The notes beneath the pieces are model-generated. The model did no database searches. It saw nothing but the letters and a program-made list of their open reading frames with translations, and was not told the DNA's origin. The position numbers and the translations under genes are program-made. A DNA stretch of 64,000 nt from an uncultured Acidobacteriota bacterium (GTDB taxonomy: Bacteria > Acidobacteriota > Blastocatellia > RBC074): the NCBI GenBank assembly GCA_963743045.1, contig CAVUOF010000032.1, positions 69,611-133,610 of the forward strand, given 5' to 3'. Positions 19,945 to 30,138 of this stretch are shown one piece after another; the first letter of the stretch is position 1, and each line of letters opens with the position of its first letter.

Positions 19945-22464
19945 ATGACAACCAAAATGCGTTTCGTTGTGGCGGTAGCTTGTCTGCTCGGAGCGCTATC
20001 ACTTACCTGTCTGGGACAGTCGCTCTCCGCCGGTACTGTGACAGGCACAGTCACAGACCCGACTGGCGCGGTCGTGACGACTGCGACAGTGATCATTCAG
20101 AACGCGGTTACTGGCTTCCGACGGTCGACGACCACCGATAACACCGGTTCATTCCGTTTCGGCGATGTACCGCCGAATAACTATCAACTGAGTGTCTCGG
20201 CGAACGGGTTCAACACGGTCACCCAGAATCTTACGGTGCGCACATCGGTGCCGATCACGGTCAATGTCTCGCTTGCGATCGGGGGTGTCACCAACACTGT
20301 GGAGATCGCGAGTTCCGAGAGTTTAGTCGAGAGCGTTCCAATGGCGCATACCGATGTAGACCAATCACTGATTGCCCGCCTGCCTGTCCGGTCTCCGGGA
20401 TCCGGGTTGAGCGATGTGGTGGCCTTTGCCGCGCCTGGCGTTGCGGCCGACTCCAATGGGCTCTTTCATCCGCTTGGTGATCATGCGCAGACATCGATCT
20501 CATCGACAATCAGCCGATCACAGATCAGATCGAGCAAGGCCTTCTCCACGCAGCTGCCTGTCAATGCGATCCAGTCGCTTGAGGTGACTACCGGCGCCGT
20601 GCCTGGCTGAGTACGGCGACAAGACCAGTCTGATCATCAATGCGATCACGCATTCGGGCATCGGGCAGAAGCATCCGACCGGCAGCCTGCTGACCAAGTA
20701 CGGCACGTTCGGAACTCGCATACCGAGGGCACATTCGGCTTCGGGGATGCGAAAGTAGGCAACTTCATAGCCTTCAACTTTGAGGACCGCGGCCGGTTTC
20801 TTGACGCGCCGGAGATATCAGTGTTTCACGATCGCGGCACCTCGTCGAGCATCTTCGACCGCCTCGACTACAGCGTCGGCTCGAACGATACCTTCCATCT
20901 CAACGTGCTGCTGGCGCGCAACCGTTTTGAGATACCGAACACCTACGAGCAGGAGGCCCTCGGACAGGACCAGGGCCAGCAGGTGCGATCGGTCAACATC
21001 GCGCCCGGCTACGTTCACATCTTCAGTCCAACGACAATACTGACGGTCAATCCTTACTTTCGCATGGACCAGGTCTGGTACTACCCGAGCGCGAATCCAT
21101 TCTCGGATCAGACCAGACGGTCAGCCAGCAGCGACGGCTACAGAACTCGGCATCCGCGCCGACATCGCCTACACGAACGGGAGTTCACAACGCCAAGGCG
21201 GGAGTGCAGTTCTCGCACACATTCCTGACTGAGGCGTTTCAGTTTGGGATCACCGATCCGAATTTCAACGATCCTACGAGCCCCAACTTCATTCCCGGCC
21301 TGCTGCCATTCGACCTGACGCGTGGCGGGAGCCTGTTTCACGTTCAACGGCCACACCGATATCAAGCAGGTGGCGGTCTATGCGCAGGATTCGATCACCA
21401 GGGGCAACTTCACAGCCAATCTGGGACTGCGCTTCGATAACTACGCGGGCACTCAGCAAGGGACCATTTGTGGCAGCCGCGCCTCGGGGCTCGTACCTCA
21501 TTTAAAACGAACCGGGACTGTGTTGCGCGGCTCCTATAGCCGAACGTTCGAGACGCCATATAACGAAAACCTGATTCTATCGAAGCGGCCGGGGCGCAGG
21601 GCTGGGCGACGGCATACTTGGCGGTGCGAGCATTGAGAGTCTCAAGCCGGGCCAGCGACATCAATTCAATGCCGGCTTTCAGCAATGGGTTGGCAGGCAC
21701 GTTATGATCGACGCTGACTACTTCTGGAAGCGGACGCGCAACGCATACGACTTCAACGTCCTGCTCAATACGCCGATTGCTTTTCCGATCTCGTGGAACA
21801 AGTCGAAACTCGACGGGTTGGCACTGCGGGTCAATCTTATCCGACTATAAAGGGTTCACCGCATTCTTCTCGGCAGGGCACACGCGGGCGCGGTACTTCC
21901 CGCCGGAGAATGGCGGCCTCTTCTTTAACTCCGATATACCGGCAGGCGTCTTCCGCATCGACCACGACCAGGCGTTCCAGCAGACGAGCCAGGTTCAGTA
22001 CCAGTTTCACCAGTTCGGCAAGCTCCAGCCGTATGCGGCATTCAGCTGGCGCTACGACAGCGGAGTGGTTGCCGGGCCAGTTCCCGACTACGCGACCGCC
22101 CTCGGCTTCTCGCCTGATCTGCAGGCGCAGATTGGTCTCTTCTGCGGGAACGTCTTCGCGACACCCACGCAAGGTTTACGATTCGTGCACGATCCAAATC
22201 GTGGGGCGACTCGCGATTAAGATTCCGGCCGACGGAACAGCGAACGACGATCACAATCCTCCGAGGATCGCGCCGCGGCATCTATTTGATTTCAGCATGG
22301 GCACGGACAATCTGCTTCGGACAGATCACACGCGCGTGACCTTGCGGTTTACGGCAATAAACCTCACGAACAAGGAGGCGCTGTACAATTTCCTCTCGAC
22401 GTTCAGCGGGACGCACTTTGTTACCCCACGTACGTTCGCTGGACAGATAGGGATTGTTTTCTGA
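19945..22464 (+). CDS. TonB-dependent receptor with carboxypeptidase-regulatory-like N-domain; at least 6 frameshifts (possible pseudogene)
   Basis: MTTKMRFVVAVACLLGALSLTCLGQSLSAGTVTGTVTDPTGAVV...FRFGDVPPNNYQLSVSANGF. Receptor-like pieces continue through ORFs 20821.., 21204.., 21322.., 21777.. and 21793..22464. It ends ...THFVTPRTFAGQIGIVF*. Confidence 0.7.
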
Positions 22465-22481
22465 CGAGCCGGGCGGCCATC

Positions 22482-23048
22482 TTAGTGGGCGGGCCTGGCG
22501 AGAACCTGACTCAGTATTAACTGTTTGAGCGCGTCAAGGGCATCATCGGAAAACCTGAATTCGGCGGTTCCCCATTTGCCTGAGAGACGTGTGGTGTCCA
22601 GCAGCTTTTGCAGGTCTTCCGAGCCGATGTAAGCTCGGACTGATTCTGCGATCTGGTGGTTCATCTCGAAAAACTCGCTGCGGTACTCTTTGGCGCGAAT
22701 CTCAAACTGAACTGAGCTTGTCAACAAGGAGATGACATCCGCATTTCTGAATAGAGGCTCAGTCGGTCGGGTTACGACATTTCGACACGATGAGAACTCG
22801 AGCCAGAATTTCGTATTCTCGATGGGCTGCCTTCCCGGAAAGGATAGGTTGGCTCGGATGAACAGCCTTCCCGTGGCGTTCAGTGAATGTACAAGATCGC
22901 ATTCTACAGTCGTCGTGTTGTTGAGCAGGTCGTACCTGGTCTGGATTCGACAAATGCCTGGGTGCTGATCGCCCCTCAAACTGACGGGCAAGCCGACCAG
23001 TAGAATTAGGGCCGCACCCAAGGATCGTCTCATAAGCCTCTTGTTCAT
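22482..23048 (-). CDS. Hypothetical exported protein
   Basis: 188-aa ORF with signal-like MNKRLMRRSLGAALILLVGLPVSL. No family recognised. Confidence 0.4.
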   Translation of the reverse strand: MNKRLMRRSLGAALILLVGLPVSLRGDQHPGICRIQTRYDLLNNTTTVECDLVHSLNATGRLFIRANLSFPGRQPIENTKFWLEFSSCRNVVTRPTEPLFRNADVISLLTSSVQFEIRAKEYRSEFFEMNHQIAESVRAYIGSEDLQKLLDTTRLSGKWGTAEFRFSDDALDALKQLILSQVLARPAH

Positions 23049-23390
23049 TCGCTAGCCTGACTATCGAGGAATGTAAGAATGCTCAAGAGGAGAGTAGGGC
23101 ACATGCGAAAACCTGTCGATCGGTTTTCAACGGATGGATGATGCAGGCACATCAGCAGACAGAATTGTCGCGTAGGCGACCAGATGAAGATGGCAGGTCG
23201 GCAAGGCTAACATGGGAGAGCAAGGGTAGGCGCTGGCTCGCGAGCCACCGTACGGATACCCACGGACGTGAATGGACAATTCGGCTGACGGCAATATGAA
23301 TAACGGCCTTGTGTTGGGAGATCGTCTAACGGAAGCTATTTGATTTGCCTGGCTCGTATAGTAGCCGCTCGGTCTTTCAGTCTCTTCGCT

Positions 23391-23585
23391 TCATCGGCTA
23401 CTTTCTTCGATGACGATAGCGCGGCGAATGAAGGGCTCGGCTTCTGAGAGCCGGTTTGTCGCCTTGAGCAACTGGGCCAGGTTGTTAAGAATCTCTCGCT
23501 ACACTGGGATGGTCCTGGCCTGAGCTCCGTTCGTCGATAGCCAGAGCGCGGCGCATCAGGGGCTCAGCTTCGGACGGCCGTTTCG
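23391..23585 (-). pseudogene. C-terminal fragment of a TPR_10/TPR_12-type repeat protein (frameshifted, 5'-truncated)
   Basis: The minus strand reads ...AEPLMRRALAIDERSSGQDHPSVARD / ILNNLAQLLKATNRLSEAEPFIRRAIVIEESSR*, the classic 42-aa TPR_12 unit. Only about 1.5 repeats remain. Confidence 0.45.
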
Positions 23586-23589
23586 TGCC

Positions 23590-24166
23590 GTGAGGCAGCT
23601 CGTGGAGGATTTCGCACGGTACCTCTACCTGCCGCGGCTGGCCGGTCCCGAGGTGCTGGTACAGGCCATCCGTGACGGCTTGGCGCTGCTCACGTGGCAG
23701 TCAGACACGTTCGCGTACGCGGAAAGCTACGACGAGGCCACAGAGCGGTATTTAGGATTGCGCACTGGTCAGCTTCTATCGCTTTCGCCTGACAGCTTGG
23801 GGATGTTGGTCAAGGAGGTGGCGCGGAGGCAGAAGGATGGCGAGACTCCGCCCCCTTCACCCGATCCCGCTCCCGGGCCCGGTCCGGGGCCCGGACCGGG
23901 GCCCGACCCGTCCCCCCATCCGGAGCGAAAACTGCGTCGCTTCCACGGCACGGTGAGCCTCGATCCCGCTCGCGTTGGCCGTGACGCGAGTCGCATTGCC
24001 GACGAGGTGATTGCGCATCTGGCCGGTCGGGCGGGCGCGGAGGTCACGGTCACCCTCGAAATCGAAGCCAGACTTCCCGGCGGGGCCTCCGATCATGACC
24101 GTCCGTACCGTGACGGAGAACAGCCGGACATTGAAGTTCACGAGCCACGGATTCGAAACTGATTAG
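23590..24166 (+). pseudogene. C-terminal ~190 aa of a DUF499-type ATPase (defence-island R-M-like system component), 5'-truncated with one late frameshift
   Basis: LVEDFARYLYLPRLAGPEVLVQAIRDG...FHGTVSLDPARVGRDASRIADEVIAHLAGRAGAEVTVTLEIEARLPGG. After a shift it reads TVRTVTENSRTLKFTSHGFETD*. This matches the C-terminus I recall for DUF499 proteins. No N-terminal ATPase part and no partner genes are present. Confidence 0.5.
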
Positions 24167-24318
24167 TCTTTTGCTTGCTCTTAGTGGGCGCTAGCAACCG
24201 CTAAGCTATTCAAGCCGAACAAGAGGTCCTTGAGACCAACGTCGGAGATTGGTCGTCTCTTTTACCTCAGAGTGAGCTCAGCAACATTTCGATTTGGCAC
24301 GGTCAGACCGTGAGTATC

Positions 24319-27300
24319 TCAAAACACGAGTTTCAGTCCGAACTGCAGCTGTCTCGATGATCCTCTCGTTGTGGTGATCAAGCCCGCACTGCCAACCGGA
24401 CCCGTGCTGGAGAAGACGGTTCGCTGGCTTGGAATTGAAAAGTTCGGGTGGTTCAGGAAGTTGAAAACCTCGGTACGAAACTGCAGAGTAACGCCCTCCC
24501 GCAACCGAAACGACTTGTCTACTGCAAGGTCGAGCGCGATCAGCCCGGGACCGATCAAGGTGTTTCGTCCAAGGTTGCCATAGAAGCCGGGAGCAGGAAG
24601 AGCAAATGCAGCCGGGCTATAGTACCTGCTCGGGTCGCCCAGGATAGGGTTGATGCTCTGCCCGGGCACCAGGTCGGGTCGCTAGGTGATGTTCCAGCCT
24701 GGAAACGGGCTCGCGCCTGGTCGAAGCCGACTACCACTGAGAAGGGGTTGCCTGAAGCCAGGCTTGAAATAGCGTTGAGCTGCCAGCCTGCCGACAGCCA
24801 CTCAGGTCCCAGAAGTTTGGGCACTTGCGCGGTGACGTAACTCACAAAGTAGTGGCGCAGGTCATAATTCGAAAGCCCCCGCTCTTGATTCCGATTGTCG
24901 GGGTCCTGCGGGAGATCGTTGTCGCCACCCTGCGTGGTGACGATCGATGCATCGTCAATAGCCCTCGCGTACGTGTAGCTCGTGTGGAGCATGAGGTACC
25001 GGCCCGAACGGAACTCAAATGTCGTTTGGAGACCATTATAAGAAGAGATTCCGTCCGTGACCTTGTTGCGAATGCCGCTGAAGTTGGGGTTGCGAACGGT
25101 TGAATTGATCGGGAAGAACTTTCGGCCATCAGGAAGGATCGTCGGAATTGCCTGGTTCTGGTCGATCAGTCGAACCTCATGAACCCCATGCTGTCCTACA
25201 TAGGCTACGGTCAGAATCCCCCCTCTCAGGATCTCTCGCTGGATGCTCAAGTTGTAATGCAACGAGTATGGGTTGCCTGGTGTGTATGCCAGTGTGTCCA
25301 GGCGGCCGAGAACGAAGTTGGGGTTCGTCGCGACTGAAGCGGCGTTGGGGAAGCTGGGATTGCGGACGCTGCCCAGAGTATAGAAAGGCGGTTCGCGATT
25401 GGCTGCGTTTGCGTAAAAGTCAGTCCACAGTGGGTCAAAGAAGATGCCAAAGGCGCTTCGCACGCTGGTCTTTCCGTCACCGAACGGGTCCCAGGAGATT
25501 CCCACCCGGGGTGCGAAGTTGAGGTTCGAAGGATTCTTATACAACTGGCCTACCGTCGGCTTTGTATCGTGCAGAGTGTCACGCAGGTTCGCCTCCAGCC
25601 CGTCTCTCTCAGACGGCAGGCTCGTCCGCTCGTAGCGCAGCCCGAGATTGATTGTCAGGCGCCGCGAAAAATGGAAGTCGTCCTGAATGTACGCAGCGGT
25701 CATCGACTGGCTCCAGTGGCGCACCAGCTCAGATCCGGGTAGCGTCAGCTCCATAGCGAACGGAGTCGCTCTGAGGAAGCTCGCCAGCGAATTGAACTGA
25801 TAAAAGCCGTATGGAGACTGCGGGCGGCTGGTCGGCAAGTATATGTTGCGCTGGTCAAATCCGACTTTGAGCGAGTGACGCCCCACAATCCACGAGAGAT
25901 CGTCTCCCAACTGGAAGAGGTTGAGCTCGGAAAAGTTCGGTCCGAAACGACTCGGGCCCATCGAGAACAGTCCCGTGATACTGATCTGGCCGAAGGGCCG
26001 ACCGGGAAAGAATGACAGTGAGGGGTCGATTGGTCGCAGCTCATCAAAGGACTGGCTGCTGGTCGAACGATTGTAGTTAAGACGGACGTTGTTGAGCAGG
26101 CGCTCGTTAAACGTGTGAGTCATCTGGAGCGTCATGTATTGATTTCGAGATTTGGTGCTCGTCTTGATCAGCTGGAGATTGTCGGGCACCTGGACACCCG
26201 CGCTGTCATAAGTGTAGCGACCGAAGATCGAAGTCTTGTCTGAAAAGCGATGATCGACTCGTCCGGCAAAGAAGTCCTCATTGTCAGCATTGGAGCCGGA
26301 TGACAAATACTGCCCCGTGCCGTCATTAAAGTCGCGCCCATTGGGGAGAGGAACCAGAGCAAGATAGGGAGGAATCGATGGGTCAACCGAGATATGAGGG
26401 AGCCCGGGGATGTCTCCGTTTCTTGCTGCCGCGTTGGGTACAACCGCCTGATTCGTAATACCGAGGCGCTGCCTCAGACCCTCATAGCTGGCCAGGAAAA
26501 AGGTCTGGTCATGATGGATGGGGCCATCGATCAGACCCCGAACTGGTTGCGCGAAAAGTGCGGAATCTTTTGGGCTGCCGGATCGAAGAAGTTCTTGGCG
26601 TCGACTGCGCTGTTGCGGAGAAACTCGAACGCCGAGCCGTGCCACTGGTTCGTACCAGACCGGGTGACGGCGCTGATCACACCTCCGGCACTGCGCCCGT
26701 ATTCGGCGCTGTAGCCGTTGGTCAAAACGCGGAACTCCTGCAGTGTGTCGACACCCAGCAGGACTCCCGAAACGCTTCCCGGAGTATTGTTGTTCGCGTC
26801 GTTGATGTCAGCCTGGTCCAGCACAAAACTGATCTGATTGGGACGCCTTCCGCCCACCGATAGCTGCCCGCCACTGCCTGCAGAGTCAGAGGTCCTGCGC
26901 GAAGGCACGACACCCGGCTTCAAGACAGCCAGCTGTACAATATCGCGTCCGTTGAGCGGCAGTTCGCGGATGGAGTCCTTGTCCATGACGCTGGAGAGGG
27001 CAGCGCTGTCAGTTTCGACCCGGCTGACACCGCTCGTGACAACGGTCTCCGATGTTACCGTTCCGACTCTCATGGTGAACTCAAGTCTCGCCCGCTGGCC
27101 GACGGTCAGTTCGACGTTCTCCCTCGTCTCCGTTTGAAAGCCGTCATGAGAGACTGTCACATTGTAGACACCCGTAGGAAGCTGAGTGAATACATAGAAA
27201 CCGACGCTGTTGGTGTGCGTCTCGCGTGAAGCGCCAGTCAGCGGTTGCCGGACCGTAATTTGCGCGTTAACGATGATTGCTCCTGTTCCGTCGCTCACGG

Positions 27301-27394
27301 TCCCTGAGAGCTCTGCTGTGTTCTGTTGAGCCTTCACCATGACGCTCATACAGAATATCGCCGCAAGGCAGAGTGGTCGCTTGGTTCTTCTCAC
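24319..27394 (-). CDS. TonB-dependent receptor (carboxypeptidase-regulatory-like + plug + barrel); two apparent frameshifts (~26600, ~24650)
   Basis: N-terminal part in ORF 26531..27394 (signal, TGAIIVNAQITVRQ..GFYVFTQLPTGVYNVTVSHDGF, plug LPLNGRDIVQLA). Barrel in 24555..26645. C-terminus in 24319..24669, ending RQLQFGLKLVF*. Confidence 0.8.
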
Positions 27395-27530
27395 CGCTTA
27401 TCTCCCTTCGAAAAGGCAGATACATCGCCAATGCTGTTTGCAGGCTGCACCGCACCCGGGCCGGAGGATGGGGCACGACGTCCCCGCGCCAGGACAGCCT
27501 TAGGCCCATCATCCGTTCCCTCGGTCCACG

Positions 27531-28769
27531 CTACAAAGAGATGGTCAGGACGCTCAAATAGGAGTGCGGGATAGGTTGCACTTCCCATCGCATGCCCAGC
27601 CGCTGCAAGGCGGAAAGGGTGCCCGCCTGGTCGATCTGACGAAAGTAGATGTCGAATCTGCTCCAACCTGGTTGAGCCGAGTCCTGGCGAGCCTGAAACA
27701 CCAGACCCACCGTGCCATCAAGGGTCATAAGTCGGGGGTGGTTGGCATCCAGAAGGCTGGTGTCCGCTTCAATCTTTGGCGAGAAGTGGGCGCCGTTGTC
27801 ACTTGACGATGCGACATAGATACGGGACCGGTCACCCGATACCGTGCGCCAGGACGCAAAGATACGACCCTTCAGTGTCGCGAGCGACGGACCTGAGTGC
27901 GGGCATCCGTCTATCTGCCAGTTGTCCTCGGCAACACGTGACGGGGCGCCGAAGGTCGTAGCGCCGTCGGTCGAAGTAGCCACGAATATGTCACGAATGT
28001 CGTTGCCGAGAATCCCGCGCCAGGCGATATGCACCGTCCTGCCGTCGCTGAAGGCTATCTCCGGTCGACAACACGGGCAGACATTCAGCGCCACGCGGAT
28101 GCTCTTCTCAAATGACTGACCGCGATCGGTCGATCTGGCGAGATAGAGTGCGGAGGATACCTGCTTCCCCTGGCCCCGGTCACGCCCGTCCAGCCAGGCT
28201 ACGTAGACGGCCCCATCCGGGCCCACCGCCATCGTGTAAAAGGACTGCGACGCCGTGCTGGCTGGATCAACTGGAATCGGCTTGCTGAATGATTTTCCCC
28301 AGTCCATCGAGCGTGCGAGGCGGAGTGCCGAGCGCTCAGGTCCCGATTCCGCCGTCCAGAGCACATAAAATTCGTGCATGCTGCGCACGGCCATGAGTGG
28401 CATGTTTTCAGGGTGCGATGCCACCGATCCACCTTCGTTGATGCGGACTCCCTGGTCGAAGCTGTCGCCGCCATCGGAAGAGGTCTGCAGCCACAAATCC
28501 TCATCCCTGACGCGCAGGAGGAAGAGGTCTCCGGAAGCGCGGACCCCGAGTTGGGGGTAACCTCCCTTGCCGGTGACGCGCCCCTGGGACTCAAAGGTGA
28601 ATTGAGCTCCGCCGCTGTTCGCTCCGCCAACAAGAGCGCCAACAAAAGCGGATGATCCCGGAGTACAAGCCAGGACGATCGTGACCAGCAGAATCAAGGC
28701 AGATAGGACCGCTGAGTCGGAAGTCAGTTTTCTTGAGAGCAACAGTGATGATGCTGAGCATTTCTTCAT
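27531..28769 (-). CDS. BNR/sialidase-like beta-propeller protein, probable lipoprotein, with conserved CxCC...CP cysteines
   Basis: 412 aa. N-terminus ...LILLVTIVLAC|TPG is lipobox-like. Repeated SxDxGxxF/W motifs (SSDGGDSF, SMDWGKSF, STDRGQSF, STDGATTF, SSDNGAHF). Cys cluster NVCPCCRPE and IDGCPHSG. Confidence 0.6.
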   Translation of the reverse strand: MKKCSASSLLLSRKLTSDSAVLSALILLVTIVLACTPGSSAFVGALVGGANSGGAQFTFESQGRVTGKGGYPQLGVRASGDLFLLRVRDEDLWLQTSSDGGDSFDQGVRINEGGSVASHPENMPLMAVRSMHEFYVLWTAESGPERSALRLARSMDWGKSFSKPIPVDPASTASQSFYTMAVGPDGAVYVAWLDGRDRGQGKQVSSALYLARSTDRGQSFEKSIRVALNVCPCCRPEIAFSDGRTVHIAWRGILGNDIRDIFVATSTDGATTFGAPSRVAEDNWQIDGCPHSGPSLATLKGRIFASWRTVSGDRSRIYVASSSDNGAHFSPKIEADTSLLDANHPRLMTLDGTVGLVFQARQDSAQPGWSRFDIYFRQIDQAGTLSALQRLGMRWEVQPIPHSYLSVLTISL

Positions 28770-29016
28770 GACTTTGTGACCTTGTGTTCTTAACCAGTTG
28801 CTCGCGAGACATTCGAAACGTTGATCGCGGGCGTCGGCCGGTCATGCGACCTGTCCGCGGCGCTACGTTAGCTACATTGCCCCATAGACTTCGCTATCAG
28901 ACCTGTGACGTCCGGAGTCCCGAGATGTGGCTGCAAGGATTGGCCCCGCCACAAACTCCTCGCGCGCACGTGCACCGCGTCTACGGCACGCCTACGAACC
29001 GAGGTATAGAGTGATG

Positions 29017-29463
29017 TCAACTTTTTTGATCAAGTCGATTCAGGCGCGGAGGCCCGCGTGGAGAAGAGGACTCCTGGATCGGAGTCTTGTGCAGGAGGAT
29101 AGGCTGTGATTGTGTCTCGTCCCTGTTGGATAAGTCGCGTTCGTCAAATGGTGAGCGATACCCATTGCGAGCCAGCGTCTGCACGGACGCGCCCGACAAC
29201 GCTCGCTCACCTGGGCATGGCCTGGAGATTTCCGGCGTGCCGACCTGAGTATTCCTGTCCTCAAGTTGTCCCTGGACGAATGCGTGGTGTGGCAGGCAGC
29301 AACAATGGCCCGCGGTGATGCAGCATGATACCGAGCAAACATCCGAGTCGTAGACGGCGAGGGAGAGAGGAGTTGCGAGCCAGCCTGACAGGAAGAGAGC
29401 GGCCGCACAAACGGCACGCCACGATGCTTTGTTCGGGAGGCTGGGTAGCACAGGTGACCACAT
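29017..29463 (-). CDS. Exported Cys/His-cluster protein, paralog 2 (C-x3-CC-x4-HCCC-x-P-HH)
   Basis: From the ATG at 29463: MWSPVLPSLPNKASWRAVCAAALFLSGWLATPLSLA|VYDSDVCSVSCCITAGHCCCLPHHAFVQG...SRPCPG...SSPRGPP.... It is a paralog of 36946..37347 with identical motif spacing. Confidence 0.55.
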   Translation of the reverse strand: MWSPVLPSLPNKASWRAVCAAALFLSGWLATPLSLAVYDSDVCSVSCCITAGHCCCLPHHAFVQGQLEDRNTQVGTPEISRPCPGERALSGASVQTLARNGYRSPFDERDLSNRDETQSQPILLHKTPIQESSSPRGPPRLNRLDQKS

Positions 29464-29689
29464 TATCGACCTGCCGCTAGTGATATGTAAAGTTGTTTTA
29501 CGCCGAAAGTAGCGAGCGCATTCCGAGCCGGCGGGTCGTGGTGATTCCATGATTGAGTTGAGAGATGAGCAGGAGTCAAGAGTGAATTAGGTAGACCTGA
29601 AAAGCACGAAGCTGTTGTAGGAACAACACTCTGAGGTCTTGTCGAGATTCTTGCTGCCTGGCGCGAGCGGCCGAAGGACGGGTCCAGAT

Positions 29690-29974
29690 CGCCGCTGTGT
29701 CTCTTGCGATGTTGGCTATTTTCGTCAGCCGCTGATAAGCGCAAGTCAACCACTCAAGCGCTATAACAAGCAATTGGTTAAATACTAGTAGTCACCTATT
29801 GCCGCAGCACTTAGATTGCCCACGCTAATCGGCACCTTAATATCGGGGTAGATCGAATCGAGAGCCGAGAGGTATGGGCACCGCACTGCTTGTCTTGATT
29901 GCTGACTATGAACGGCCCGCGCGGTCGTTTCTGGCAGCGATGCTGCGCAGCTTCGAAGATGTTGAGCTGATTGC
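29690..29974. repeat. Duplicated segment, copy B (pairs with 18900-19183)
   Basis: Same conserved blocks as copy A. Similarity ends inside the regulator's receiver domain. Confidence 0.75.
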
Positions 29975-30005
29975 AAGCTTGACGCGGCAAGTGGGTTCAA
30001 TATGA
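29874..30005 (+). pseudogene. Truncated LytTR response-regulator remnant (43 codons)
   Basis: MGTALLVLIADYERPARSFLAAMLRSFEDVELIASLTRQVGSI* against the intact MSTALRVLIADDERPARSFLAALLRRFEDVVLIGEA.... The acidic-pocket DD is changed to DY, and the ORF stops after the homology break. Confidence 0.7.
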
Positions 30006-30138
30006 CAAGACGGGCGCGTATTTTTAGTGGGCCGGCCGCGGTGACGGATGACAGAAAGGCAGGTAGCGCACTTCGAGATCATCCCCTCGAGGGGCTACTC
30101 GCGTGGAAACGCGGTATAAGTTTCTATGCAGCTTCGAT

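Noticed and set aside
23860-23910. GGSCCS-type microsatellite encoding PGPGPGPGPGP as a phase-variation (contingency) tract
   Set aside because: It lies inside a 5'-truncated gene fragment with no promoter or start. It reads as an ordinary Pro/Gly linker, and no function can be switched.
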